Shown: positions 44,932-54,825 of the stretch, one piece after another
Layout of the letters: each line of letters begins with the position of its first letter
How positions within the stretch are numbered: position 1 is the first letter of the stretch
Assembly: GCA_965116905.1 (NCBI GenBank)
Contig: OZ220732.1
Span: forward strand, 2,688,001 to 2,752,000
DNA length: 64,000 bases
Origin: Longimicrobiales bacterium
Lineage (GTDB): Bacteria; Gemmatimonadota; Gemmatimonadetes; Longimicrobiales; Gaopeijiaceae
Direction: 5' to 3'
Translations under genes and position numbers: made by a program
Notes under the pieces: model-generated
Databases searched by the model: none
Seen by the model: only the letters and a program-made list of their open reading frames with translations
What the model was told of the DNA's origin: nothing

Positions 44932-47159
44932 GTTCCTCCGGGATGAAGACGCTCGACCATCGAGTGCATTCGGCATTCGAGTGGATTCTGGAGCGATTGC
45001 CCAGCCGCCTCGGCGACCGGGTTCGCGAGGCGAGCGGGGGCCGCTTCGGCATCGGCAGCCAGGTGGTTGTGGGGCTGGGAGGCGGGGTTGTGATGACCAT
45101 CGGCGCCATCGTGCTCGCGCTGATCCTGATGAGCGTCGTGAATTCCCAGCAGAGCCAGGTGACGCAGGCGCACATGCCCGCGCTCGTGGCGGCATTCGAG
45201 GTGGCGCAGCAGAGCACCGAGCTGGTGCGGGCGTCCCCCCGTCTTCTCGCGGCCACGAGTCCTGAAGTCCTCGACGATGTGATGGTCGAAGTTCGCCGGC
45301 AGGAGGATCAGATGCTCAGCCGGGTCACACAGATCGCCGCGGCTGAGGGGGGAGAGGGGAATCAGGGGGAGATGGAGGGCATGGTCGTGCCCGTCGTCGA
45401 CAGCCTCGTGGAGAGCATCAACCAGATCCACACGTCGGTGCTTCGCCGGTTGACGGCGCGTGAGCGGCTGGAGGAGCTCGAAACCCAGTTGGCCGACGCG
45501 GGGCAGGCGCTGCAACTCCTGCTCGAGGAGGAGATCGACGACCAGGAGTTCTTCATGTACACCGGTCTGCGAGAGCTCAACGAGACGCCGGCTCCGGTGG
45601 CGCGGCGCAGGACGGAGGCGGAACTGGACCACTACCGTGGCCTTCTGAACTTCAAGGCGTACCAGAACGAGGCCGGCGCGCTGATCGCCCAGGCCATGAC
45701 CGAGGACGATCCGGAGGTGCTGCTGGCAAACCGCGAAAGGGTCGAGACCGCGATCGGGGACGTCGAAGGCGCGCTCCCCAGAATCAGGCCCGGTGTGCGC
45801 GCCGAGTTGCAGGAACAGGTGGACGAGTTGAAGGACCTCTACCAGTCCTCCGACGGCGTCTTCGAGACTCGCGGCCTCGAGCTCGCGGAAGATGCGCGGG
45901 CGGCCCAGCTGGTAACGCGCAACCAGCAGACCACCGCCGAGCTCGTCAACCGAGTTCAGAATCTCGTGGGCGACGCCGAATCCTCGGCACGGGACGCTGC
46001 GAACCGGTCGGGCACGCTGGTTCAGCTGGGTGTCTGGTTCCTGCTGATCGTCACCTTCCTCACGATTGCCGCGGCGTTCGTCGCATGGAAATTCTTCGGC
46101 GAGCGGCTGCTCGTGCGCATGGGCGCGCTGTCGAGCGCCACCCGCCGGATGTCCAAGGGCGACCTGGAGGTGCAGGTGGAGATCGAGGGCAACGACGAAC
46201 TCACGGACATGGCGGGCGCCCTGGAGGTGTTCCGGCAGCACGCGGTCGAGGTGCAACGGCTCAACCTGGTCGAAAAGCTGGCCGACGAGGTTCAGGCCAA
46301 GAACGCGGAGCTTGAGGATACGCTCGCCAACCTGCGGCGCACCCAGCAGCAGGTGGTCAAGCAGGAAAAGCTCGCTTCGCTGGGGGCATTGACCGCGGGC
46401 ATCGCCCACGAGATCCGAAACCCGTTGAACTTCGTGAACAACTTCGCGGCGCTGTCCTCAGAACTCATCGAGGAGTTGCGGGAGGAGTTGAAGGTGGAAG
46501 ACAACGGGGGCGGGGAGCTGGACCGCGAGTTCATCTCCGAGATTCTCGACGACCTGGATACCAACGTCGTCAAGGTGAACGAACACGGCACCCGTGCCAA
46601 CAGGATCGTCGAGGGGATGCTGGCCCATTCCAGGGACGAGGCGGGTGAGCTGGAATCGGTCGAGATCAACGTCCTGGTTCAGGAGTACGCGAAGCTGGCG
46701 TACCACGGCATTCGCGGGACCGACTCCTCCTTCAATGTGGACATGGTGTACGAGTTCGATGCCAATGCGGGTGAGGTGGAGGCGATCGCCCGCGACCTCA
46801 GCCGGGTGTTCCTCAACATCGTCACGAACGCCTGCCACGCGACGCACGCGCGCAGGACCGGGGACGAAGAGGAGGACTACCACCCCGTCGTCACGGTCAG
46901 GACGGAGGGGCGGAAGAACGACGTATGCATCACGGTGCACGACAACGGCACCGGCATTCCGCAGCATGTGCTCGACAGGATCTTCGACCCGTTCTTCACG
47001 ACGAAGTCCGGGACCCAGGGCACCGGCCTGGGACTCTCGATATCCCATGAAATCGTCCAGGAGCACGGCGGCAAGATCGAGGTGGATACCGTGCCCGGGG
47101 ACTTCACGGAGTTCAGGATAACGCTGCCGCGGAGCTACGCTTCCGTGACTGCTTCCTGA
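44928..47159 (+). CDS. membrane sensor histidine kinase (TorS-like helical periplasmic domain, HAMP, HisKA, HATPase)
   Basis: Two TM helices, HAMP (GNDELTDMA), GIAHEIRNPLNF, NIVTNA, DNGTGI, DPFFTTK and GTGLGL; ATGA overlap with the binding-protein gene. Confidence 0.9.
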   Translation: MSSSGMKTLDHRVHSAFEWILERLPSRLGDRVREASGGRFGIGSQVVVGLGGGVVMTIGAIVLALILMSVVNSQQSQVTQAHMPALVAAFEVAQQSTELVRASPRLLAATSPEVLDDVMVEVRRQEDQMLSRVTQIAAAEGGEGNQGEMEGMVVPVVDSLVESINQIHTSVLRRLTARERLEELETQLADAGQALQLLLEEEIDDQEFFMYTGLRELNETPAPVARRRTEAELDHYRGLLNFKAYQNEAGALIAQAMTEDDPEVLLANRERVETAIGDVEGALPRIRPGVRAELQEQVDELKDLYQSSDGVFETRGLELAEDARAAQLVTRNQQTTAELVNRVQNLVGDAESSARDAANRSGTLVQLGVWFLLIVTFLTIAAAFVAWKFFGERLLVRMGALSSATRRMSKGDLEVQVEIEGNDELTDMAGALEVFRQHAVEVQRLNLVEKLADEVQAKNAELEDTLANLRRTQQQVVKQEKLASLGALTAGIAHEIRNPLNFVNNFAALSSELIEELREELKVEDNGGGELDREFISEILDDLDTNVVKVNEHGTRANRIVEGMLAHSRDEAGELESVEINVLVQEYAKLAYHGIRGTDSSFNVDMVYEFDANAGEVEAIARDLSRVFLNIVTNACHATHARRTGDEEEDYHPVVTVRTEGRKNDVCITVHDNGTGIPQHVLDRIFDPFFTTKSGTQGTGLGLSISHEIVQEHGGKIEVDTVPGDFTEFRITLPRSYASVTAS

Positions 47160-47169
47160 CGGTCCGCAT

Positions 47170-48576
47170 TTGACCGCCGCCGCGCGGGCCAGTCTGTCCG
47201 CCTTTCGTCCCGGGAGGGGGGAGTTTCGCGATCTCGTCATGCTCGCGACGCCCGTTGCGGTCGTTCAGATGGGCCTTCTGTCCCAGGGGTTGGTGGACAC
47301 CGCGATGGTCGGCAGGGTAACGGCAGTCGAACTGGGCGCCGTGACCCTTGGCAACGTCTATTTCTTTACCGTGGCGGTGTTCGGCATGGGGCTTCTCTTC
47401 GCGCTGGATCCCCTCGTCGCACAGGCATTCGGGGCGGAGGACCACGACGAGATATCGGCATCCATACAGCGAGGACTCCTCCTGAGCGTCGGGCTCGCCG
47501 CGGTGACCTCGGCCATGCTCGCTCTCGCGGAACCGGTCTTCGTGCTTCTCAGGCAGCCGCCGGAGGTGATTCCCGTGGCGGCCGGGTACACGCATGCTCT
47601 GATTCCCGGCATGCTGCCCTTCTACGGGTTCATCGTCTTTCGCCAGACGCTGCAGGCGGTGGGCCGGGTGGCGCCGGTCGTCTGGACGATCGTCCTGGCG
47701 AATCTGCTCAACGCGGGCGCCAACTGGGTTCTGATCTACGGCAACCTCGGGGCGCCTGCCATGGGTGCGGTGGGCTCGGGGTGGGCCACCGCCATTTCGA
47801 GGTGGTTCATGTGGCTGTGCGCGCTCTGCCTCGGGTGGCGCCTGCTGGTGCCGTACTTGCGGCATGTGCGGCGCGACGTGTTTCAGTTGGGGCCGCTACG
47901 GCGGATCCTGCGGCTCGGTTCGCCCATCGGGCTCCAGCTGTTCATGGAGTTCGGCGCCTTCGGGGCGATTGGCATCGCCATGGGCTGGCTGGGGACGCAC
48001 GCGATCGCGGGCCACCAGATTGCGCTCAACCTCGCGGCCTTCGCGTTCATGATTCCCCTGGGGATATCCCAGGCCGCGGCCGTGCTCGTCGGCAGGGCGG
48101 TGGGCAACGAGAGGCCGGACAGGGCGCGGCGATCCGCTGGCGGTGCGGTCCTGCTGTGCTGCCTGGCCATGTCGGTGACCGCCGCGGTTTTCCTTGCCAT
48201 CCCGGGTTTTCTGGCCGAACAGTTCACCACGGATGCGACCGTGGCCGCCGTGGCCGCGGCTCTCATACCCGTCGCGGGCATGTTCCAGCTGTTTGACGGC
48301 CTGCAGGTCGTGTGTACCGGCGCCCTCCGTGGAGTCGCCGATACGCTGCGCCCGATGGTCTACAACGTGCTGGGGTTCTGGCTCTTCGGCATTCCGTTGA
48401 GCCTGTGGCTCGGGTTCGGACGCGACCAGGGGCCGGTGGGCCTGTGGTGGGGTCTTGCCGCCGGTCTCGGGGCGGTGGCCGTCCTGCTCCTATGGCGGCT
48501 GTGGATCCGGTTCCACGGACCGCTCGTCCGCTTCCGCGTTGCCCACGGGGCGTCTTCCCCGTCCGATCCAATCTAG
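47170..48576 (+). CDS. MATE family efflux transporter (NorM-like)
   Basis: VDTAMVGR, PLVAQAFGA, AGHQIALN and FQLFDGLQVV motifs; multi-TM. Confidence 0.92.
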   Translation: MTAAARASLSAFRPGRGEFRDLVMLATPVAVVQMGLLSQGLVDTAMVGRVTAVELGAVTLGNVYFFTVAVFGMGLLFALDPLVAQAFGAEDHDEISASIQRGLLLSVGLAAVTSAMLALAEPVFVLLRQPPEVIPVAAGYTHALIPGMLPFYGFIVFRQTLQAVGRVAPVVWTIVLANLLNAGANWVLIYGNLGAPAMGAVGSGWATAISRWFMWLCALCLGWRLLVPYLRHVRRDVFQLGPLRRILRLGSPIGLQLFMEFGAFGAIGIAMGWLGTHAIAGHQIALNLAAFAFMIPLGISQAAAVLVGRAVGNERPDRARRSAGGAVLLCCLAMSVTAAVFLAIPGFLAEQFTTDATVAAVAAALIPVAGMFQLFDGLQVVCTGALRGVADTLRPMVYNVLGFWLFGIPLSLWLGFGRDQGPVGLWWGLAAGLGAVAVLLLWRLWIRFHGPLVRFRVAHGASSPSDPI

Positions 48577-49526
48577 AATTCGCCCACGAATCCGATCTCC
48601 GTTTCGAGTTCGTAGCCGGTCTCGCGGAGGACTGTCGAGCGGGCAAGTTCAATCAGGGTCAACACCTCGGTCGCTTTGGCGCCCCCGAGATTCACGATGA
48701 TGTTTGCGTGCTTGTGGAAGATCTCGGCCGCCCCGTGAACGTGGCCCTTGAGCCCGCACTCGTCGATAAGGCGGCCCGCTCCGATCCCGTCGATCTTCTT
48801 GAAAATGGATCCCACGCAGGGATACAGCCACAGGTCCGGGTGCCGCTCGTCCCGCCACGCGAGGTTCTCCCGCATCACGCGCCGCAGTTCGCTGGCGGGA
48901 GTCGGCTCAAGCTTGAGCGATACGTCAAGCACGAGGTCCCCGGTGTCGTGGATGATGCTGTAGTCGTATCCGAACCGGAAATACTCGGTTCCCACGGTGC
49001 GTATCTCGTTCCGGGGCGTGAAAATGGTCGCGCCCTCCATGACCTCGTCCCAGAAGACCGTGCGCTCGCGCTCCGGGGCGGGCGAGAGGAAATGCAGGTT
49101 CTGCCATACCGCGCCCCCGACCGTGCTGGGAATGCCCACGAAATGGTGTATCCCGCCCAGCCCCCTCGCGACGGTCGCGTTGATCAGGTCGGGGAAGGTA
49201 TCGAGCCCGGCGCCGGCGGTGACCCTGCCATCGGTGTCGAACTCCACGGTCGAGATGTCGCACCTGACGACCAGCCCGCGAAATCCGTGGTCACCCACCA
49301 GGATGTTTGCGCCACGCCCCAGAACGAAACATGGGACCCCCATTTCGCGCGCCGTTGAAACCGCGAGGCACAGTTCGTCGGCCGAACGGGCCCGGTAGAA
49401 GAGGTCCGCGGGGCCCCCGATTCCGAACGTGGTGAGGGGCCCCAGGGGCACGTTGCGTCGAACCCGATCGGGGTCGACAGCGAGCCTGAGCCGGTCGAGA
49501 GTCGGCGAATCCGTGAGCAGTGCCAA
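48573..49526 (-). CDS. murB: UDP-N-acetylenolpyruvoylglucosamine reductase
   Basis: TTFGIGGPAD, LGRGANILV, GIPSTVGGA, GSIFK, KHANIIVN and LETEI motifs. Confidence 0.93.
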   Translation of the reverse strand: MALLTDSPTLDRLRLAVDPDRVRRNVPLGPLTTFGIGGPADLFYRARSADELCLAVSTAREMGVPCFVLGRGANILVGDHGFRGLVVRCDISTVEFDTDGRVTAGAGLDTFPDLINATVARGLGGIHHFVGIPSTVGGAVWQNLHFLSPAPERERTVFWDEVMEGATIFTPRNEIRTVGTEYFRFGYDYSIIHDTGDLVLDVSLKLEPTPASELRRVMRENLAWRDERHPDLWLYPCVGSIFKKIDGIGAGRLIDECGLKGHVHGAAEIFHKHANIIVNLGGAKATEVLTLIELARSTVLRETGYELETEIGFVGEF

Positions 49527-49723
49527 GTCAATGGCCCGGTTGCGAAGTGATCACTGGGCGACGAATAAGTCTCGCGTCCACGCGCCCGGGGGGCAACGTC
49601 GGCTGCGTGTTCGATTCCGCACACCATCGTCCCGTTTCCGATCGCCCGCGAAACGAGTCCCGGAGGACCTATGGGCACTCTAAGCGATTTTTTGACAAAT
49701 ACATACGGAATCAGCCCGATGAC

Positions 49724-49739
49724 TGGCACGCTTCTTCCA
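49724..49739 (+). promoter_or_regulatory. degenerate sigma54-like promoter
   Basis: TGGCACG-CTTC-TTCCA (the -12 GC reads CC), preceded by an AT-rich tract at 49681-49713. Confidence 0.3.
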
Positions 49740-49987
49740 GTAAGGAGGCTCGGATCGGTGGTGTGGCTCCGGCCGGGCTTTCCGGGTGGTGAGGCGGTGT
49801 GGTAGGGTGAAGGCATCCGGTCGGAGCCCGACCCGCCCGGGCGATGCCGGGAACAGGGCCGGCGAAAGAAACCGTGCACCGGCCCACAGCGTATGATGTT
49901 GCAGACAGGGAATGCTACAGACAGGGAGCCTGCCGTCGTTTTCTGCATGGCAGACCGGTTCGGGGAAACCGACTTCATTCGATACAC

Positions 49988-50743
49988 ATGATCCACGAGC
50001 GTCGCGAAGGAAAGTCGCCGACGACGCCCCTGATAAGCCTGGCGTCGCTCAGCAAGGTCTTCCACACGGATGAGGTCGAGACCCACGCACTCTCCAACGT
50101 CACCCTGGGTATCGAACGCGCCGAGTTCGTATCGATCGCCGGGCCTTCCGGTTGCGGCAAGACCACGCTCCTGTCGATCCTCGGCCTGCTCGACTCTCCC
50201 ACCGGGGGCACCTACCTGCTTGACGGCAAACCGGTGGAGCGACTGTCGGCCGCGCAGAGGGCGAGAATCCGCAACCAGTCCATCGGCTTCATCTTCCAGG
50301 CGTTCAACCTGATCGGCGACCTCACCGTTTTCGAGAACGTCGAACTTCCCCTGAGCTATCGGGGAATGCCGGGTCCGGAACGGAGGCACAGGATTCGGAG
50401 GTCCCTGGAGCGAGTGGGCATGGCGCACAGAATCAACCACTACCCCTCACAGCTCTCGGGCGGTCAGCAACAGCGGGTCGCGGTTGCCCGTGCCATTGTG
50501 GGCAAGCCCCTGATCCTGCTTGCCGATGAGCCCACCGGCAACCTGGACTCCAGGAACGGACACGCGGTCATGGCCCTCCTTCATGAACTTCACAACGAAG
50601 GAGCGACGATCTGCATGGTCACGCATGATCCGCGCTATGCCCACTCGGCCGACCGGACGATCCATCTGTTCGACGGTCAGGTCGTGGACGAAGGGGACAG
50701 CCGGAGCGCCCATCAGCTGGAGCAAAGCGGCTTCGACATCTGA
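49988..50743 (+). CDS. ABC transporter ATP-binding protein (MacB/LolD type), orphan
   Basis: GPSGCGKTT, FIFQAFNL, LSGGQQQR, ADEPTGNLD and MVTHD motifs. Confidence 0.93.
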   Translation: MIHERREGKSPTTPLISLASLSKVFHTDEVETHALSNVTLGIERAEFVSIAGPSGCGKTTLLSILGLLDSPTGGTYLLDGKPVERLSAAQRARIRNQSIGFIFQAFNLIGDLTVFENVELPLSYRGMPGPERRHRIRRSLERVGMAHRINHYPSQLSGGQQQRVAVARAIVGKPLILLADEPTGNLDSRNGHAVMALLHELHNEGATICMVTHDPRYAHSADRTIHLFDGQVVDEGDSRSAHQLEQSGFDI

Positions 50744-50883
50744 ACGGGAAGGGTGGCCGCCCGACAGGCTCGCAACTGCTCCGCTCCCACCCCGTCGGTG
50801 CAAACAGGGGACACTCCGGCTTAACTTGTTACGGCAGCCGATTCCCGGCTGCATTGCCGACCGCCCAGAGAATTGTGTAGCGA

Positions 50884-51303
50884 ATGCCTGTTGCAGAGAG
50901 GAAGATCCGGGTGCTGGTAGCAAAACCCGGCCTGGATGGACACGACCGCGGGGCGAAGGTCATCGCCGCCGCATTCCGCGATGCGGGCTTCGAGGTCATC
51001 TACACGGGATTGCATCAGACGCCCGAGATGGTCGTTGCGGCCGCGGTCCAGGAAGACGTGGACGTAGTGGCGATGTCGGTGCTCTCGGGGGCGCATATGA
51101 CGCTCTTCCCCAGGGTTCGTGAGCTGCTCGACCGAGAGGGACTGCAGCGTGTCCTTCTGACGGGTGGTGGTATCATCTCGCGCGAAGACGCGGTCTCACT
51201 CGGAGAAAAGGGCGTGGGGCGCGTATTCGGGCCCGGGACGGCCACCGTCGAGGCGATCGACTATATCCGTCAGTGGTTCGCCGAAAATGTGGATCCCTAT
51301 TAG
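50884..51303 (+). CDS. cobalamin-binding subunit of an acyl-CoA mutase (methylmalonyl-CoA mutase C-terminal-like)
   Basis: [24 protein letters not shown] and FGPGT motifs. Confidence 0.93.
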   Translation: MPVAERKIRVLVAKPGLDGHDRGAKVIAAAFRDAGFEVIYTGLHQTPEMVVAAAVQEDVDVVAMSVLSGAHMTLFPRVRELLDREGLQRVLLTGGGIISREDAVSLGEKGVGRVFGPGTATVEAIDYIRQWFAENVDPY

Positions 51304-51347
51304 TGTCGTGCACCGGGACCCGATGCTAGCCTGCCGGGGTTGAATCC

Positions 51348-52973
51348 GTGGACACGGGCCGCCTTGCACGCCTGGGCGCGGAGCTCGAGGAACTCCGGCG
51401 CCATCTGCGGCTCGGAGGCGGCACCGACAAGATCCGCCGGCAACGCGAGAAGGGGAAGCTGACGGCGAGGGATCGACTGCATCTCCTGCTGGACCCCGAC
51501 ACGACGTGGTTCGAGGTGGGACTGCTTGTCGCGCACGACCGTTACGACGGCAACGCGCCCGGCGCCGGGGTGGTCACGGGGGTAGGTGTGGTGGAGGGCA
51601 GAGAGGTGGTGGTGGTCGCCAACGACGCAACGGTGAAGGCGGGCTCGTGGTGGCCGGAGACCATCCGGAAGATGCTGCGGGCGCAGGAAATCGCCATGCG
51701 CTGCCGCATCCCCATCATCTACCTGGTCGATTCCGCCGGCGTCAATCTGCCGTACCAGGGAGGGGTGTTTCCCGGGCAATACGGAGCGGCGAGGATCTTC
51801 TACTACAACTCGATCATGCGCCGGTACCTGAAGATCCCGCAGTTCGCGGCGGTGATGGGCCCCTGCATTGCGGGGGGTGCGTATCTGCCGGCCCTGTCCG
51901 ATGTCATGCTGATGGTCGAAGGTACCAGCTTCATGGGGCTCGGGGGACCGAACCTGGTCATGGGAGCGACCGGTCAGTCCGTCGGCAGGGAGGAGCTGGG
52001 TGGCGCATCCGTCCATACCGGTGTCAGCGGCGTGGCGCATTATCGCGTGGAAGATGACGAAGCGTGCATCGCGCGGCTCAGGGAACTCGTGGCGGAACTG
52101 CCGGACGGCGACACGCACCGGCGTGCCGCGGCAACCTTGCCGGCCCCGGTTCGTCCGGCCAACGACCTCTACCAGCTGCTGCCCGACGACCACCGGCAAC
52201 CCTATGACATGGGCGCCTTCCTGGAGGTGTTGCTCGACGAGGGGGGACTGTCGGAATTCCAGCCCGAACACGCGGCCGAACTGATCTGTGGCACGGGTTC
52301 CGTGTCGGGGTGCCGGGTCGGCGTCATCGCCAATCGCCGCGGCATGATCCGGGACGGCCGCAAAGGACCGGCGCGTTTCGGCGGGATCGTCTATTCCGAG
52401 TCGGCAGAGAAGGCCGCCTACTTCATCGACACGATGAGCCGCCACGGCACGCCCATCATCTTTGTCCAGGATGTTTCCGGGTTCATGGTGGGCGTCGACG
52501 CCGAGCACAGCGGGATCATCCGGGCCGGCGCCCGCTTCGTGGAGGCCATGGCTACCGCGTTGGTGCCCAAGATCGTGCTGACACTCAATCACGCCTCGGG
52601 TGCCGGCTACTACGCGATGGCGGGGCAGGGGTTCGACCCCGACTTCATCCTCACGCTCCCGACCGGACGCATGGGGGTCATGGAGGGAGAGAGCGCGGTC
52701 GTCGCGCTCTTCGGGGCGGAGCTGGAGCGCCTCAGGGCAGAGGGGAAGACGCCCGACGAGGACCTGACCGGGCGCATGGACGCCGTGCGGGCCGAGTACG
52801 ACCGTCAGCTGGACGCGACGTACGCAGCCGCGAGGGGCTTTGTGGACGCGGTCGTGCTCCCCGAGGAGATCCGGGAGGTCGTTGCACTGCTGTTGCGGGC
52901 GGCGCGCGGCAACCCGGGACCGCACCTCGGGCCGTTCGTGCTGCCGCCGGGACTGGACGGCAGATACCCGTGA
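51348..52973 (+). CDS. acyl-CoA carboxylase carboxyltransferase (beta) subunit, MCC-like
   Basis: GKLTARDR, ANDATVKAG, VDSAG, CIAGGAY, DVSGFMVG and GAGYYAM motifs. Confidence 0.92.
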   Translation: MDTGRLARLGAELEELRRHLRLGGGTDKIRRQREKGKLTARDRLHLLLDPDTTWFEVGLLVAHDRYDGNAPGAGVVTGVGVVEGREVVVVANDATVKAGSWWPETIRKMLRAQEIAMRCRIPIIYLVDSAGVNLPYQGGVFPGQYGAARIFYYNSIMRRYLKIPQFAAVMGPCIAGGAYLPALSDVMLMVEGTSFMGLGGPNLVMGATGQSVGREELGGASVHTGVSGVAHYRVEDDEACIARLRELVAELPDGDTHRRAAATLPAPVRPANDLYQLLPDDHRQPYDMGAFLEVLLDEGGLSEFQPEHAAELICGTGSVSGCRVGVIANRRGMIRDGRKGPARFGGIVYSESAEKAAYFIDTMSRHGTPIIFVQDVSGFMVGVDAEHSGIIRAGARFVEAMATALVPKIVLTLNHASGAGYYAMAGQGFDPDFILTLPTGRMGVMEGESAVVALFGAELERLRAEGKTPDEDLTGRMDAVRAEYDRQLDATYAAARGFVDAVVLPEEIREVVALLLRAARGNPGPHLGPFVLPPGLDGRYP

Positions 52974-54376
52974 GCACTGCGCGTGGCGGGCGACCGGCCT
53001 CATCCCCCCGGACCGTGCGGATCGCCAGCGGTCAGGGCTTCTGGGGAGACGACCTGGAGGCGCCGGTCCGTCAGGTCCAGGGTGGCCGGATCGACTACCT
53101 GATGCTGGACTACCTTGCCGAAGTGACGATGTCGATCATGCGGAGGCAGCAGTTGCGCGATCCTGCCGCGGGGTACGCCCGCGACTTCGTACCCCTGATG
53201 GAGAGGATCTTCAACGACTGCGTGGAACGCGACATCCGGGTCGTGACCAACGCCGGCGGCGTCAACCCGGCCGAATGCGCGAGGGCGGTGGCGGAGGCGG
53301 GGCGCCGGGCAGGTGTCGAGGGGCGGGCCCGCATCGGCGTCGTGACCGGTGACGACCTCATGGACCGGCTCGACGACCTCATCGCGGCCGGGCACCCCCT
53401 GGCGCACATGGAGAACGGGGAGCCGCTGGAGTCGGTCCGCCACCGGGTCCGCAGCGCAAACGTCTATCTGGGCGCGCGGCCGATCGTGGAGGCGTTGGGG
53501 CGGGGAGCCCTCATCGTCGTCACCGGCCGGTCGACCGACACGGCACTCACCTACGCCCCCATGGCCTGGGAGTTCGGCTGGCCCTGGGACGCGTACGACC
53601 TTCTCGCCAGCGGCGTTGTGGCGGGACACATCAACGAATGCGGGGCCCAGGCCAGCGGCGGCAATTGCTCGGCCGAGTGGTGGACAATCCCGGATCTCGC
53701 CCGCGTCGGCTTCCCGATCATCGAGGCGGGTGCCGACGGCGGCTTCGTGGTCACCAGGCACCCCGAATCGGGGGGTGTCGTGAGCCTGCGCACCGTCAAG
53801 GAGCAGCTTCTCTACGAAATGGGTGACCCCGCGAGCTACATTACCCCTGACGTCATTGCGGATTTTACCACAATACGCCTCGCGCCTGCAGGTGCCGACC
53901 GCGTCCGCGTGGACGGGGTTCGCGGCGGACCGCCCACCCCGTCTCTCAAGGTGTCGGTCGCCTACTCCGCGGGGTACAAGGCGGTCGGAACCCTGGTCTA
54001 CGCGTGGCCCGACGCAGCCGCCAAGGCAAGGGCCGCGGCCCGGATCCTGCGGGAGCGCCTGGACCGGCTGGGTCTCGTTTTCGCTAGAGTATTGGTAGAA
54101 CTTGTCGGCTGGGATGCCACCCACGGACACCTGGCGGGGGAACCACCGCCGGATCTGCCCGAGGTCCAGCTGCGTGTCGGCGTCAGAGGCCGGGACCGCA
54201 GTGCGGTCGAGCGCTTCAGCCGCGAGATCGCCCCGCTGGTCCTGACGGGACCTCCTTCGGTTACGGGCTTCGCGGGCGGGAGGCCCAGGGTTCAGGAGAT
54301 CGTCGCCTTTTGGCCCGCGCTCATTGAGCGGACCGCTGTGGAGCCGCATCTCGCCGTGGACGTCGTCGAGGTATGA
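52970..54376 (+). CDS. acyclic terpene utilisation AtuA-family protein
   Basis: RIASGQGFWGD, DYLAEVTM, TNAGGVNP, ANVYLGA, GHINECG and EQLLYE motifs. Confidence 0.9.
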   Translation: MSTARGGRPASSPRTVRIASGQGFWGDDLEAPVRQVQGGRIDYLMLDYLAEVTMSIMRRQQLRDPAAGYARDFVPLMERIFNDCVERDIRVVTNAGGVNPAECARAVAEAGRRAGVEGRARIGVVTGDDLMDRLDDLIAAGHPLAHMENGEPLESVRHRVRSANVYLGARPIVEALGRGALIVVTGRSTDTALTYAPMAWEFGWPWDAYDLLASGVVAGHINECGAQASGGNCSAEWWTIPDLARVGFPIIEAGADGGFVVTRHPESGGVVSLRTVKEQLLYEMGDPASYITPDVIADFTTIRLAPAGADRVRVDGVRGGPPTPSLKVSVAYSAGYKAVGTLVYAWPDAAAKARAAARILRERLDRLGLVFARVLVELVGWDATHGHLAGEPPPDLPEVQLRVGVRGRDRSAVERFSREIAPLVLTGPPSVTGFAGGRPRVQEIVAFWPALIERTAVEPHLAVDVVEV

Positions 54377-54441
54377 AGGGGAGCATGACGTGACCGCTGG
54401 CGGAAGAGCATTCGGGATCGACTTCCAGAGGAGTGCGGGCC

Positions 54442-54825
54442 TTGCCTAGGATACCGTTACTGGAGCTGGCCCACGCCCGGTCTGGAGACAAGGGCGATAC
54501 GGCCAATATCGGACTGATCGCATACGATCAGATAGACTATCCACTTATTTTGAAACAAGTTACGGCAGAACGTGTAAAGCAGCACTTCGGGTCTCTGGTG
54601 CGTGGGCCGGTGGAGCGTTTCGAGCTCGCCAATCTCTGCGCGGTGAACTTCCTCCTCCATGGCGCCCTGGACGGGGGCGGCACCGTCTCCCTGATGACCG
54701 ACGCGCAGGGAAAGGTGTTCAGCACGGCCCTGCTTCGCATGGAGATCGAGGTCCCCGAAGAGGTGGCGATCCGCGTGAGCGGCCGTGGCCGCCATCCGGT
54801 ACGGGGAAAGGCGGACGCGCCGTGA
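54442..54825 (+). CDS. AtuA C-terminal-like small protein
   Basis: AHARSGDKGDTANIG, LDGGG and DAQGK motifs. Start at 54433 or 54442. Confidence 0.88.
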   Translation: MPRIPLLELAHARSGDKGDTANIGLIAYDQIDYPLILKQVTAERVKQHFGSLVRGPVERFELANLCAVNFLLHGALDGGGTVSLMTDAQGKVFSTALLRMEIEVPEEVAIRVSGRGRHPVRGKADAP

